Below, one piece after another: positions 28,348 to 36,442 of a stretch of DNA of 49,992 nucleotides. The stretch lies in the NCBI GenBank assembly GCA_003159675.1, contig PLQC01000040.1:34087-84078 (forward strand), written 5' to 3'. This DNA is from Limisphaerales bacterium. GTDB lineage: Bacteria; Verrucomicrobiota; Verrucomicrobiia; Limisphaerales; BOG-1460. Position numbers and translations under genes: made by a program. Within the stretch, counting starts at the first letter, position 1. Every line of letters starts with the position of its first letter. Under the pieces are notes generated by a model. It had not been told where the DNA came from and made no database searches. It worked only from the letters and a program-made list of their open reading frames with translations.

Positions 28348-29112
28348 TTACGGGTCTTCATAAACGCGCCCGCCCGGCGGCACCTGAACGCCGGAGCCGG
28401 GATTCAGATTCACCGGGCTGGTCGGAGGCACAACGTAGGGGGGTTTGACCACTGGAGCGACAAAGGCCCTTGACATCGTGCCGCCGGCGGCCCCCGCTCC
28501 CAAGCTGACGGACGGTTGCGTGCTCTCGATCTGTGTCAGCACTGCGTACACGGACGGCACACCGCCATTGCCAGCGAGCAAAGCTTTATCAATCGCCCCC
28601 TTGAGGGCCGGGATGGCCGCGGAAACTCCGGCCAGAATTTCCTTGCCCGCGCCGGGAACCACGTCCGCCACCGCCTCGGCTACCTCAGAATACGCTGCTG
28701 GCAGCACGCGGCAGACGGCCTCGACAATTTTGCCCGCCTGCTGTGGCGCCGCCGTTGCCGCCGCGCGCGCAATCGTCGCTGCCTGGTCCGGCACCAAGCC
28801 AACCGCTGTGCCCGCGGCAATCGCCGCCATCGCCGGCGTCGTCTGCGCGATGGAGCCCACGATGAGCGCCGCCGCTGCCGGATTCAATCCCAGCGCCGCC
28901 CTGACCACATCAACGGTTGTTTGCTGCTGCTGTTTGGCAACGGCTTGCGCCACCAAATCGCTGGCTTTGGCAGGCAGTTCCGCCTGCGTTGTCGTGCTCA
29001 AAACCGTCAGAAATGGATTGACCTTCGGAGTGTCGCCCGCGCGGGAAACGACGGTCAATGCGAGCATGGCCGCCACGGCACTCACACTCATTGCGATTTT
29101 TGAAATTTTCAT
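28348..29112 (-). CDS. Ala-rich secreted helical-repeat protein
   Basis: Signal peptide MKISKIAMS...; repeated P..A..I...A pattern. Confidence 0.8.
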   Translation of the reverse strand: MKISKIAMSVSAVAAMLALTVVSRAGDTPKVNPFLTVLSTTTQAELPAKASDLVAQAVAKQQQQTTVDVVRAALGLNPAAAALIVGSIAQTTPAMAAIAAGTAVGLVPDQAATIARAAATAAPQQAGKIVEAVCRVLPAAYSEVAEAVADVVPGAGKEILAGVSAAIPALKGAIDKALLAGNGGVPSVYAVLTQIESTQPSVSLGAGAAGGTMSRAFVAPVVKPPYVVPPTSPVNLNPGSGVQVPPGGRVYEDP

Positions 29113-29245
29113 AACTTCTTTAATCTCAAGACAAAGCAGCACACCGGAATACACCTAATAAGCATTTTTAGCATCATCGGCCAGTTCAGTCAACTAGAAA
29201 ATCTGCTCTAAAACAAGCCATTCTGGTGGCCAGAAGCAGTCCAAG

Positions 29246-30727
29246 TCATCCTTCTTCTCCCGGTCCGCCAATCAACGCGGCCAGACGCGGCAGCAACGAT
29301 GCTTGCGAAAAAGCTGACAACGTTTCCATCGGCAATTGCCGTTGACCAGTAACTCCACGTTGTCGCAAGTATTGAATTTGATCCACCAGAATGTCCGCTT
29401 CGCCGTGCATGACACGGATGGACGGGTATTCATCACCGAGACGATTCAGGATTTCCGTGACGTGGCTGGGACGCGGGCCAATGTAGATGACCGGCGCGCC
29501 CACGGCCAGGATGTTGTAAATCTTGCACGGATGCACCAAACCCAGCATGGCTTCGCCCATCACCACCACGTGCGCGTCCGCCGCCGACAGTGACGCGGCC
29601 AACTGGTTCAACGGTTGATAAGGCAGGCACAGGACATTCTTAAAAGCTGAAATTTGGAAAGCGGACGCGCCTGCGTCCACCTTCGGCGCGGCAGGAAGCT
29701 GAAATTCATTTTTGCTCTCTGCCCTCTGCCCTCTGCCCTCCTTGGCCTGTGAAGTTTGGTTTGTTACTTCACAGGCCGAGGCCCGTGAAATGTCTTGGCC
29801 TGTGGAATCTATTCCGTATTCCAGCAGGCCGCCTATTTCACCGGGCTGTTTTCCGCTTTTCGCTTCCCCGTTTCCCATTTCCACTTTCTGCTTTCCGCTT
29901 TCCGCTTTTTCCCTTCCCTCCGCCCAACGCTGCACACGCTTGAATTCACTGCCGCCCCCGACGAAACAAAAGGCGATGGAAGCATCAGCCTGCAATCTTT
30001 CCGCCGCCCGCATTAATGTGTCCAGCGGATGCACCGGACTGTGATTGCCCGAATACATCACCACGAATTTGTCCTGCAAATCGTGCGCCGCGCGGAATTG
30101 TTCCCGTCCAACCGCGTCAAATCGCACCACGCTGTCCTGCGACCACGGTGGAATCACGGCGATTTTTTCCGGCGCAATTCCCTTGGCCACGATCCGGTCG
30201 CGCATGAACCGGTCCAGCGCAATAATCTTGTCCGCGCGCCGCAAGCTGAACCGCGACATTCGCTCCAGCATCCTTCCCGCGAGTGATTCTGCCCGCAGCC
30301 AGCCGGCGGCCACCGCCTCATCCGGATTCAAATCCATCACCCAATAACAAAACCGCGCCCGCCAGAGTTTTGCCCGCCACGCGCCGATGAAGGAAATAAG
30401 CGGCGGCGTGGTGAGCGCAACAACGACATCCTGCCGCCGCAGGAAGGCAAGTCTGGCGCAGCACAAAAAAATGAAGCTGGCGAAATCCGCCGCGCGCCGC
30501 CATTTGGCCTGTTTGCCAAAGCGGGTGGAGAACACCCGGAAGATGTGCACGCCGCGCCACATTTCCTGGGCGGGAAATAATTTATCCGGCTCGTCATACG
30601 CGCGCCGTCCGGTGACCACGGTGACTTCGTGCCCTTTTTCTGCCAGCGCCGCTGCCAGTTCACTCAAGTGCTGCGCCGTGGAAACGACGTCGGGATAAAA
30701 CGTCTGATTAAGCAGAAGGATTTTCAA
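29246..30727 (-). CDS. GT4 glycosyltransferase (WcaI-like) with in-frame repeat insertion
   Basis: LNQTFYPD, MYSGN, PYQP and HPCKIYNIL motifs. Confidence 0.9.
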   Translation of the reverse strand: MKILLLNQTFYPDVVSTAQHLSELAAALAEKGHEVTVVTGRRAYDEPDKLFPAQEMWRGVHIFRVFSTRFGKQAKWRRAADFASFIFLCCARLAFLRRQDVVVALTTPPLISFIGAWRAKLWRARFCYWVMDLNPDEAVAAGWLRAESLAGRMLERMSRFSLRRADKIIALDRFMRDRIVAKGIAPEKIAVIPPWSQDSVVRFDAVGREQFRAAHDLQDKFVVMYSGNHSPVHPLDTLMRAAERLQADASIAFCFVGGGSEFKRVQRWAEGREKAESGKQKVEMGNGEAKSGKQPGEIGGLLEYGIDSTGQDISRASACEVTNQTSQAKEGRGQRAESKNEFQLPAAPKVDAGASAFQISAFKNVLCLPYQPLNQLAASLSAADAHVVVMGEAMLGLVHPCKIYNILAVGAPVIYIGPRPSHVTEILNRLGDEYPSIRVMHGEADILVDQIQYLRQRGVTGQRQLPMETLSAFSQASLLPRLAALIGGPGEEG

Positions 30728-30890
30728 AAGCTGAAACTAAAATCAAAAATAGAAATTAGGAAAGCAGAAATTGAGAAAGCAGCCAAATCGAAATTAGAAA
30801 TGAGGAATACAGAAAGCAGAAAGCAAGAAGCCAAAATCTGAAAGCTGAAACAGGGAAATCAATTTCTGTTTTCTGATTTCTCAATTTTTT
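30727..30890. repeat. Degenerate heptamer array (gaaagcN/gaaattN) with inverted tail
   Basis: aaagctg, aaagcag, aaattag... followed by tttctgt/tttctga/tttctca. Confidence 0.7.
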
Positions 30891-30908
30891 TACACTCCGG
30901 GTTCCATC

Positions 30909-31040
30909 CTAAAAAAACCGCTTCGGCTCCTGCCGCCAGTTGACATTGCCGTAGTGCTTGCTAAGGCAAAACAGGTCTTGTTGTAGCGCGAACGCCGCCT
31001 GATATACCTCCAGTTCATCGAATGAATTTACCTTGTGCAT
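30909..31040 (-). pseudogene. Truncated duplicate of the four-helix-bundle gene
   Basis: MHKVNSFDELEVYQAAFALQQDLFCLSK nearly matches the start of 32477-32851, then diverges and stops. Confidence 0.88.
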
Positions 31041-31170
31041 AAGTTTGGTATTTCAGTGTTCCAGTATTTCGGTAAAGCGTTTAACGGGGAAAGAAAGATC
31101 TGAAATCCGAAACACCGATCTACCGAAATACTGGTTCACCGAGACTCCGTCTCCGGTGACGCCTGCCGGT

Positions 31171-31422
31171 TCATCGCTTCAACTTTCCGTAGATGCGTGC
31201 CTTGCGTTCGGCGGTCATGGCCGTGGCGGGGCCGGCCTGCAACAGCAAGGCTTCCAGTTCATCCGCGTTGAGAAAGCTAGCGCCTTCGGGTCCTTGGCCG
31301 CGGGTGACGGCGTCCAGCATCGCCAGCGCCTGATGAATGACCTCGCTTTTGTTCGAGGCGCATCCGGCGCGAATTTGCCGCTGGATGATGGTTTCATAGT
31401 AATCGGTGCGTGTGTAACCCAT
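31171..31422 (-). CDS. ParD-like/RHH antitoxin (orphan)
   Basis: YETIIQRQIRAGCASNKSEVIHQALAML. Confidence 0.7.
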   Translation of the reverse strand: MGYTRTDYYETIIQRQIRAGCASNKSEVIHQALAMLDAVTRGQGPEGASFLNADELEALLLQAGPATAMTAERKARIYGKLKR

Positions 31423-31581
31423 GTGGTTATGGTAATCTATTGGCAAATGCTGTCGATGGAGAAGGGCAAAATAAAAGGTTGAAAGCGGACTAAAAAACCA
31501 CGGGACAATGGACATTCTTAAAAGCTGAAAGCTGAAATATGGAAAATTGAAACGCTGAAATACCGAAACACCGTGTCTCAA

Positions 31582-32055
31582 TTAGTCCCAGCCTTGTTCC
31601 TTGCGAACTCGTTTTCCGAAGTCCGCGCACCAGACTGGAAATTCCGACGCGAGCCGTTCCGCAATGCGGCTCAATTCCGCCGGGCGGTCCGCCCTCAACG
31701 TCAGGTCATACGCGCGACGCATAACGTGCCGGAAACCTTTCAATTCCCGCACGTCTGCCATCTGGTCCTTGGGAATGAACGCCGGGCGGATGCCTTCGAG
31801 ATCCAATGCCAGCCTTTGGATCAGTTTCTCGTGAAAATCGCCCCGCTTCTCGAAATGGTTTTCAAACTCTTCGCAGAGCCGTTGGAACATCCTTTCGACG
31901 ACGTTGTAAAATCGCGCCAATTCGTAGGCGCACGCCTCCAGATGACCGGGCGATTCCTCCCGCAAACGCCGCGCGGCCTTTTGTGCGGCGTCATGCGCCA
32001 CGGCGCAGTCCCTCTCCATTTCCTTGAGCAGGATGGTCAGGCCGCCAGCATCCAT
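31582..32055 (-). CDS. HEPN (HepT-like) ribonuclease toxin
   Basis: FYNVVERMF, FHEKLI, IRPAFI and GFRHVMRRAY; downstream of an MNT gene. Confidence 0.85.
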   Translation of the reverse strand: MDAGGLTILLKEMERDCAVAHDAAQKAARRLREESPGHLEACAYELARFYNVVERMFQRLCEEFENHFEKRGDFHEKLIQRLALDLEGIRPAFIPKDQMADVRELKGFRHVMRRAYDLTLRADRPAELSRIAERLASEFPVWCADFGKRVRKEQGWD

Positions 32056-32369
32056 ATCTCGCCTTCTCTTGCGATGCGTTCGCGGAACCGGCACCCGGAC
32101 AAAAGGACAATATCCACGGAACGTCCCATTTGTTCGGCGAGCAAACCGGTTAGTTGGTAAAGAGACATTCCCGACGGCTCGGTTTCCAATGCAATATCAA
32201 TGTCCGATGTGTCGGTGAAACGATAGGGCTTTGCCAATGAGCCGAAAACCACGACTTGATCCGCCGGAGCGAGTTGGCGCAAAACGCTCCTCAAGCGTTG
32301 TCGCACTTCGAGGCGCAAAGCCTCACGGCGTTCGGCGCGCTGGCGGTTCAGTTGTTGGAGCAAGGTCAT
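32037..32369 (-). CDS. Minimal nucleotidyltransferase (MntA-like antitoxin)
   Basis: VFGSLA...SDIDIA...VDIV. Confidence 0.9.
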   Translation of the reverse strand: MTLLQQLNRQRAERREALRLEVRQRLRSVLRQLAPADQVVVFGSLAKPYRFTDTSDIDIALETEPSGMSLYQLTGLLAEQMGRSVDIVLLSGCRFRERIAREGEIWMLAA

Positions 32370-32444
32370 TGTCGCACTCCGAGACTGGCATGGTTTGGCC
32401 GGAAAGACAAGCGCGACACAGCAAAGGCTGCATGAGACATGAAA

Positions 32445-32482
32445 CGGTGTTTCGGTATTTCAGTGAATCAGTGAGATCAGTA
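32445..32482. repeat. 8-mer array downstream of the four-helix-bundle gene
   Basis: cggtgttt cggtattt cagtgaat cagtgag. Confidence 0.7.
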
Positions 32483-32851
32483 ACAGAAGGATTCGTGGCG
32501 ATTGATCATGCTGCCAAGTAAGCGTCCGATTTGCTGCAATTGCGGGATTAATCGTTCGTGATCTGCTGCCGAAACATATTCACAGGCTTTCGCCGTCTTA
32601 AGCCAATGTAGCGTTTCCTGCAATTCCCCGTCGGCATCAGTTAATTTGGACAGAAAGTGTGCAGGATACCTGCGCTTGGCCCAGGACTCCGCGATATTGG
32701 CCCCAATGGACCGCGACGAACGGCGAATTTGATCCGTGAGCGAGTAATCTTCCACCTTGGGCCAGCGCTTGCTGAGGCCAAACAGGTCTTGTTGTAGCGC
32801 GAACGCCGCCTGATACACCTCCAGTTCATCGAATGAATTCACCTTATTCAT
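32477..32851 (-). CDS. Four helix bundle protein (23S rRNA IVS-protein / Avd-like family)
   Basis: FDELEVYQ, YSLTDQIRRSSRSIGANIAE, FLSKLTDADGE.QET.HWL. Confidence 0.93.
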   Translation of the reverse strand: MNKVNSFDELEVYQAAFALQQDLFGLSKRWPKVEDYSLTDQIRRSSRSIGANIAESWAKRRYPAHFLSKLTDADGELQETLHWLKTAKACEYVSAADHERLIPQLQQIGRLLGSMINRHESFCY

Positions 32852-32862
32852 AAATTAAAAAT

Positions 32863-32918
32863 CCACCGATCTACCGAAATACCGGTTTACAGATTCACCG
32901 AAACACCGCCCTCCGCCC
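32863..32918. repeat. 8-mer array upstream of the four-helix-bundle gene, inverted relative to 32445-32482
   Basis: accgatct accgaaat accggttt acagattc accgaaac accg. Confidence 0.75.
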
Positions 32919-33650
32919 TCAGAGCGGCCACACCCCATACCGCACCCAGTAACCCAGCAGTTTCACATATTCGGATTTCACGTAACTCTCCTGCGCCTTG
33001 CGTTCCGCCCTCTGCCTTGCGTTAAAAGCTGAAAGCTGAAATTCTGAAACGCTGAAATCTGCTTTCTCTGGCCCGTGAAGTCTGCCTTGGCCTGTGAAGT
33101 TTGTTTGGCCTGTGGAATCTGTTCCGTATTCCAGCAGGCTCACTTCACCGGGCAGTATTTCAGCATTTTCATTCTCGCCCACATACCCTGCATAGGACGG
33201 GCGCGAATAAACTTTCATGTCCGGCGCGTAATGCTCGAAACACATCAGCGCCCGCCGCGAATGATACCAACTCGTCACGATGATGACGCGATGCGCGCCC
33301 ATTTGCCGCAGCAAGGGAATGGAAAATTCCGCGTTCTCCCGCGTCGTGCGCGATTTGGCTTCCAGCGAAATATTCTGCGCCGGCACACCGGACTTGATCA
33401 GAACCGTTTTGTAATTTTGGGCGTCGCCATTCCCACTGACCAGGATTTCAGGCGCTTCACCCTGCTTGAACAATTCCGCCGCGCGCACCGCCCGGTCGGG
33501 TTTGCCGCCCAGCACCACCAACACGTCCGCCCTCGCCGGCCCGATGTCCACCGTCAGAACCTGTTGCGGAAATAACCAAACAACCGCCGCCAGCAGCACC
33601 AGCAACAAACTGGCCGCGAACAGGATTTTCAGGATGCGATGGCGTTTCAT
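32919..33650 (-). CDS. YdcF/DUF218 family protein with in-frame repeat insertion
   Basis: VVLGG, LVSG, E.KSRTTRENA, VTSWYHSRRA, EYVKLLGY. Confidence 0.9.
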   Translation of the reverse strand: MKRHRILKILFAASLLLVLLAAVVWLFPQQVLTVDIGPARADVLVVLGGKPDRAVRAAELFKQGEAPEILVSGNGDAQNYKTVLIKSGVPAQNISLEAKSRTTRENAEFSIPLLRQMGAHRVIIVTSWYHSRRALMCFEHYAPDMKVYSRPSYAGYVGENENAEILPGEVSLLEYGTDSTGQTNFTGQGRLHGPEKADFSVSEFQLSAFNARQRAERKAQESYVKSEYVKLLGYWVRYGVWPL

Positions 33651-33727
33651 CTCAAAATCAAGAAACTGAAGGCGGATTCAGCGATTGGAACGCCGTCCTC
33701 TGTCCTCCGTCGTCTGCTTTCAGTGTT

Positions 33728-34285
33728 TCAGCTTTTTGGATGAATTTCCCTCTGCTTTACAAAAGTGACCGGATTGCCTTGGTAGATGCCAAAAGGTTGC
33801 AGGCCATCCGTTGCCACCGAGCCTGCTGTCAAAACCGCGTGCGAGCCAACCTTGACGCCAGGCCCGACGAACGCGCCCGCCCCTATCCACGCTCCCTGCT
33901 CCACACTGATGGCTCTTGTGATGAGATTGAACGCCGGCGATTTGTAATCGTGATTGCCCGTGCAGAGAAACGCGCGCTGGGAAATGCAGACGTGGCTTTC
34001 AATCACAATCGGCGCGAGATTCAACAGCCAACATTCCTCGCCCAGCCACACATGGTCGCCCACCGTGAGTTTCCAAGGAAAAGTGATGTTGACGCGGGAG
34101 CGGATGACGACGCCCTTCCCGATTTTTGCGCCGAACCATCGCAGGAAGAAGACGCGAAGGGCAGAGGGCAAAGGGCAAGTCGGCGCAAAAAACAGGCAAC
34201 GCACCAGGACCCACAGCGTTTCTTTGAAACGCGAGGCGCCACGGTCAAAACCGCCGGTGGAAAATTTTGAGAGATCTACATTCAC
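33728..34285 (-). CDS. wcaF: WcaF-family polysaccharide acetyltransferase
   Basis: FGAKIGKGVVIR, FPWKLTVGD, ISQRAFLCTGNHD. Confidence 0.9.
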   Translation of the reverse strand: MNVDLSKFSTGGFDRGASRFKETLWVLVRCLFFAPTCPLPSALRVFFLRWFGAKIGKGVVIRSRVNITFPWKLTVGDHVWLGEECWLLNLAPIVIESHVCISQRAFLCTGNHDYKSPAFNLITRAISVEQGAWIGAGAFVGPGVKVGSHAVLTAGSVATDGLQPFGIYQGNPVTFVKQREIHPKS

Positions 34286-34360
34286 ATCGGGTTAAAGCCG
34301 AAAGCTGAAATTTATTTCTGATTTCTACTTTCAAGTTTCAGCTTTCAATATTTCAGCTTT

Positions 34361-35386
34361 TCAAACGACACATCCCGGCTTCGGCCCTCCGCCCAGCACC
34401 CATTGATATGCTTCTTCCATCTTGTTGGCAGCTTGCCTCCAATTGAACTCACTTGAAACCACCTCCCGGCCTTTCATCCCCATGCCTCGCAGTGTTTCAT
34501 CATCCAAAGCCGTGATGGTGGAAAGAGCTTGGGCGATATGATCCACGGTCGGGGCCACCCACCAACCGCATCCACGTTCGGGAAGAAAGGACCAGGGCGT
34601 TCCTGTGGTCGTCACCACTGGGAGAGCGTGAGCCATAGCCTCCGCCACAACCATGCCGAAATTCTCGGTATAGCTGGGCAGGATGAAGAGGCTGGCACTT
34701 TCATAGGCCTCGCGCAAAGCTTCGCCATGCAAAGGCCCGGTGAACTCGAAGTCGGCTTCAAGCTTGGCCTTGCGAATCAGTGACTCCACTTCCGCCTGGT
34801 GACCGGCCTCGTCGGGCCCGACGATTCTCAGCTTCCATCCTGCGGGACGCACCCTAGTCCAAGCCTCGACCAGCATTGGCAGTCCCTTCACCGGATAGAT
34901 CCTCCCAACAAAAAGCGCAATCCGCGGACGAGGATGAACTGGCCGCTCCGCCCTGACCGGTGGAAGAGATACCCCCCAAGGAATTGAAGCCAACGGAGGC
35001 TTGAGTCCCAATTTTTTGAATTGCCTTGTCTCACGTTCCGAGGTGCCATGCAGCAGCACTGCCCGGTTGAGCAATTGCTTCTGATAAAGATGCCAGGCAA
35101 CTTTCTTTTTGAACCATTTATGGGATAATGCCCATGGCTCAAGCATCCCGTGAGGGCTGACCAAGCATGGGACGCCACGTTTGCCCCAAGCCATAAACCT
35201 TCCAGCCAGCCGAGGCGACCAAATCCCGTGCAGATGCACACAGTCCGGCAAGCTGGGAGGCTCCTGTTCCGAAGACCGGCTTACTTTCAAACCGTTCGCC
35301 CTTAAGTGAGCCACCAATTCCCGGGTTGCCGCCTCGATGCCGCCGGCACGCTGAGGTGCAGCCAACTCTTCGAAATGAATATTCAT
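34361..35386 (-). CDS. GT4 glycosyltransferase
   Basis: SPHGML, GRIYPVKG, ENFGMVVAEAMA. Confidence 0.92.
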   Translation of the reverse strand: MNIHFEELAAPQRAGGIEAATRELVAHLRANGLKVSRSSEQEPPSLPDCVHLHGIWSPRLAGRFMAWGKRGVPCLVSPHGMLEPWALSHKWFKKKVAWHLYQKQLLNRAVLLHGTSERETRQFKKLGLKPPLASIPWGVSLPPVRAERPVHPRPRIALFVGRIYPVKGLPMLVEAWTRVRPAGWKLRIVGPDEAGHQAEVESLIRKAKLEADFEFTGPLHGEALREAYESASLFILPSYTENFGMVVAEAMAHALPVVTTTGTPWSFLPERGCGWWVAPTVDHIAQALSTITALDDETLRGMGMKGREVVSSEFNWRQAANKMEEAYQWVLGGGPKPGCVV

Positions 35387-36387
35387 TGTTTCCCGACAAC
35401 TTCACGATACAGTTCTGCGTATTGGCTGGCTACTGACGTAGCCGAATAATGGCGCACGTTCTGAAACCCCGCTTTAACCAATTCCTGTCTTAAACCGGCA
35501 TCCTCTATCAATCGATGCAACCCCGAGCGGATGTCATCCACATCAAAAGGATTCACCAATAACGCCCCGCCGCCCGCGACTTCGCGCATCGGTGACAAAT
35601 TCGAGGTGAGCACTGGACGGCCAATGGCCTGCGCCTCAAGGATGGGCAGACCAAAACCTTCGTAGGTGGAGACAAAAACAACCAGATCGCAAGCCGCATA
35701 AAGGGCCACAACCTCATCCTTGGACAAATTGCAAAACTCCACGTAGTCCGCCCCCTGACGGTCCAGTTGTTCCCGCTGTGAGGAGGTCAATTTCCCAAGA
35801 ATGGAGAGTTGGACGGGCAATTTGGCACACGCCTCAACTACCCGACCGAGGTTCTTGTTGTCGGTGGTGGTGCCGACCTGCAATAATCGCGCGTTGCCGG
35901 CAGGCCAGGGTTTATGCTTGGGCCCGAACTCCGGCGAAACGCAGTTCGGGATCACCCGCACCTTTTCCGATTTGACATGGCAAAGCGAAAGGAGACGGGC
36001 TTTCGTGAATTCGGAAATCACCGTGACACGGTTCGCCCGCAAACAGGGCAAGTAAAGCCATAACCACCAGAAGAGAAAACGCTTGGGCCCATGGGCTTCT
36101 TCAATGAATCGCAGGTCATGAATGGTTAGAACAACCGGACGCCGCCACACCCCAAGAATCGCGTAATGGATGTCACCCGTCTGGTGAATGACATCGCAGT
36201 CCTTCAGGGACCGCAACCAAAACAGGTTGGCGACCAACGATCCAAGATTTGCCCGGCCTCGGGGTGCGGTCGCTACCCTGCACTGGACCCATTCAGGGAA
36301 AGCGGCGGCAATGTTTGAAAATAACCCCTCAATACTCCAGAATCGTCCCGGTGAGCGGCTGGCCAAAGTGACGTTAAGCGGTTTCAT
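35383..36387 (-). CDS. GT4 glycosyltransferase
   Basis: TIHD, KNL, YEGFGLPILEAQA. Confidence 0.92.
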   Translation of the reverse strand: MKPLNVTLASRSPGRFWSIEGLFSNIAAAFPEWVQCRVATAPRGRANLGSLVANLFWLRSLKDCDVIHQTGDIHYAILGVWRRPVVLTIHDLRFIEEAHGPKRFLFWWLWLYLPCLRANRVTVISEFTKARLLSLCHVKSEKVRVIPNCVSPEFGPKHKPWPAGNARLLQVGTTTDNKNLGRVVEACAKLPVQLSILGKLTSSQREQLDRQGADYVEFCNLSKDEVVALYAACDLVVFVSTYEGFGLPILEAQAIGRPVLTSNLSPMREVAGGGALLVNPFDVDDIRSGLHRLIEDAGLRQELVKAGFQNVRHYSATSVASQYAELYREVVGKQ

Positions 36388-36442
36388 TCATTCCGGAAAT
36401 TAACCGTCAGGGCACCAAGAGCACGACGGATTTCAGCCCGAT

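Noticed and set aside
28170-28361. N-terminal extension of the 1002-aa ORF
   Set aside because: It crosses the upstream gene's terminator and precedes the likely signal peptide.
32477-32851. Diversity-generating retroelement (Avd-like gene with a nearby repeat pair)
   Set aside because: No reverse transcriptase in the window, and the differences between the two copies are not confined to adenines.
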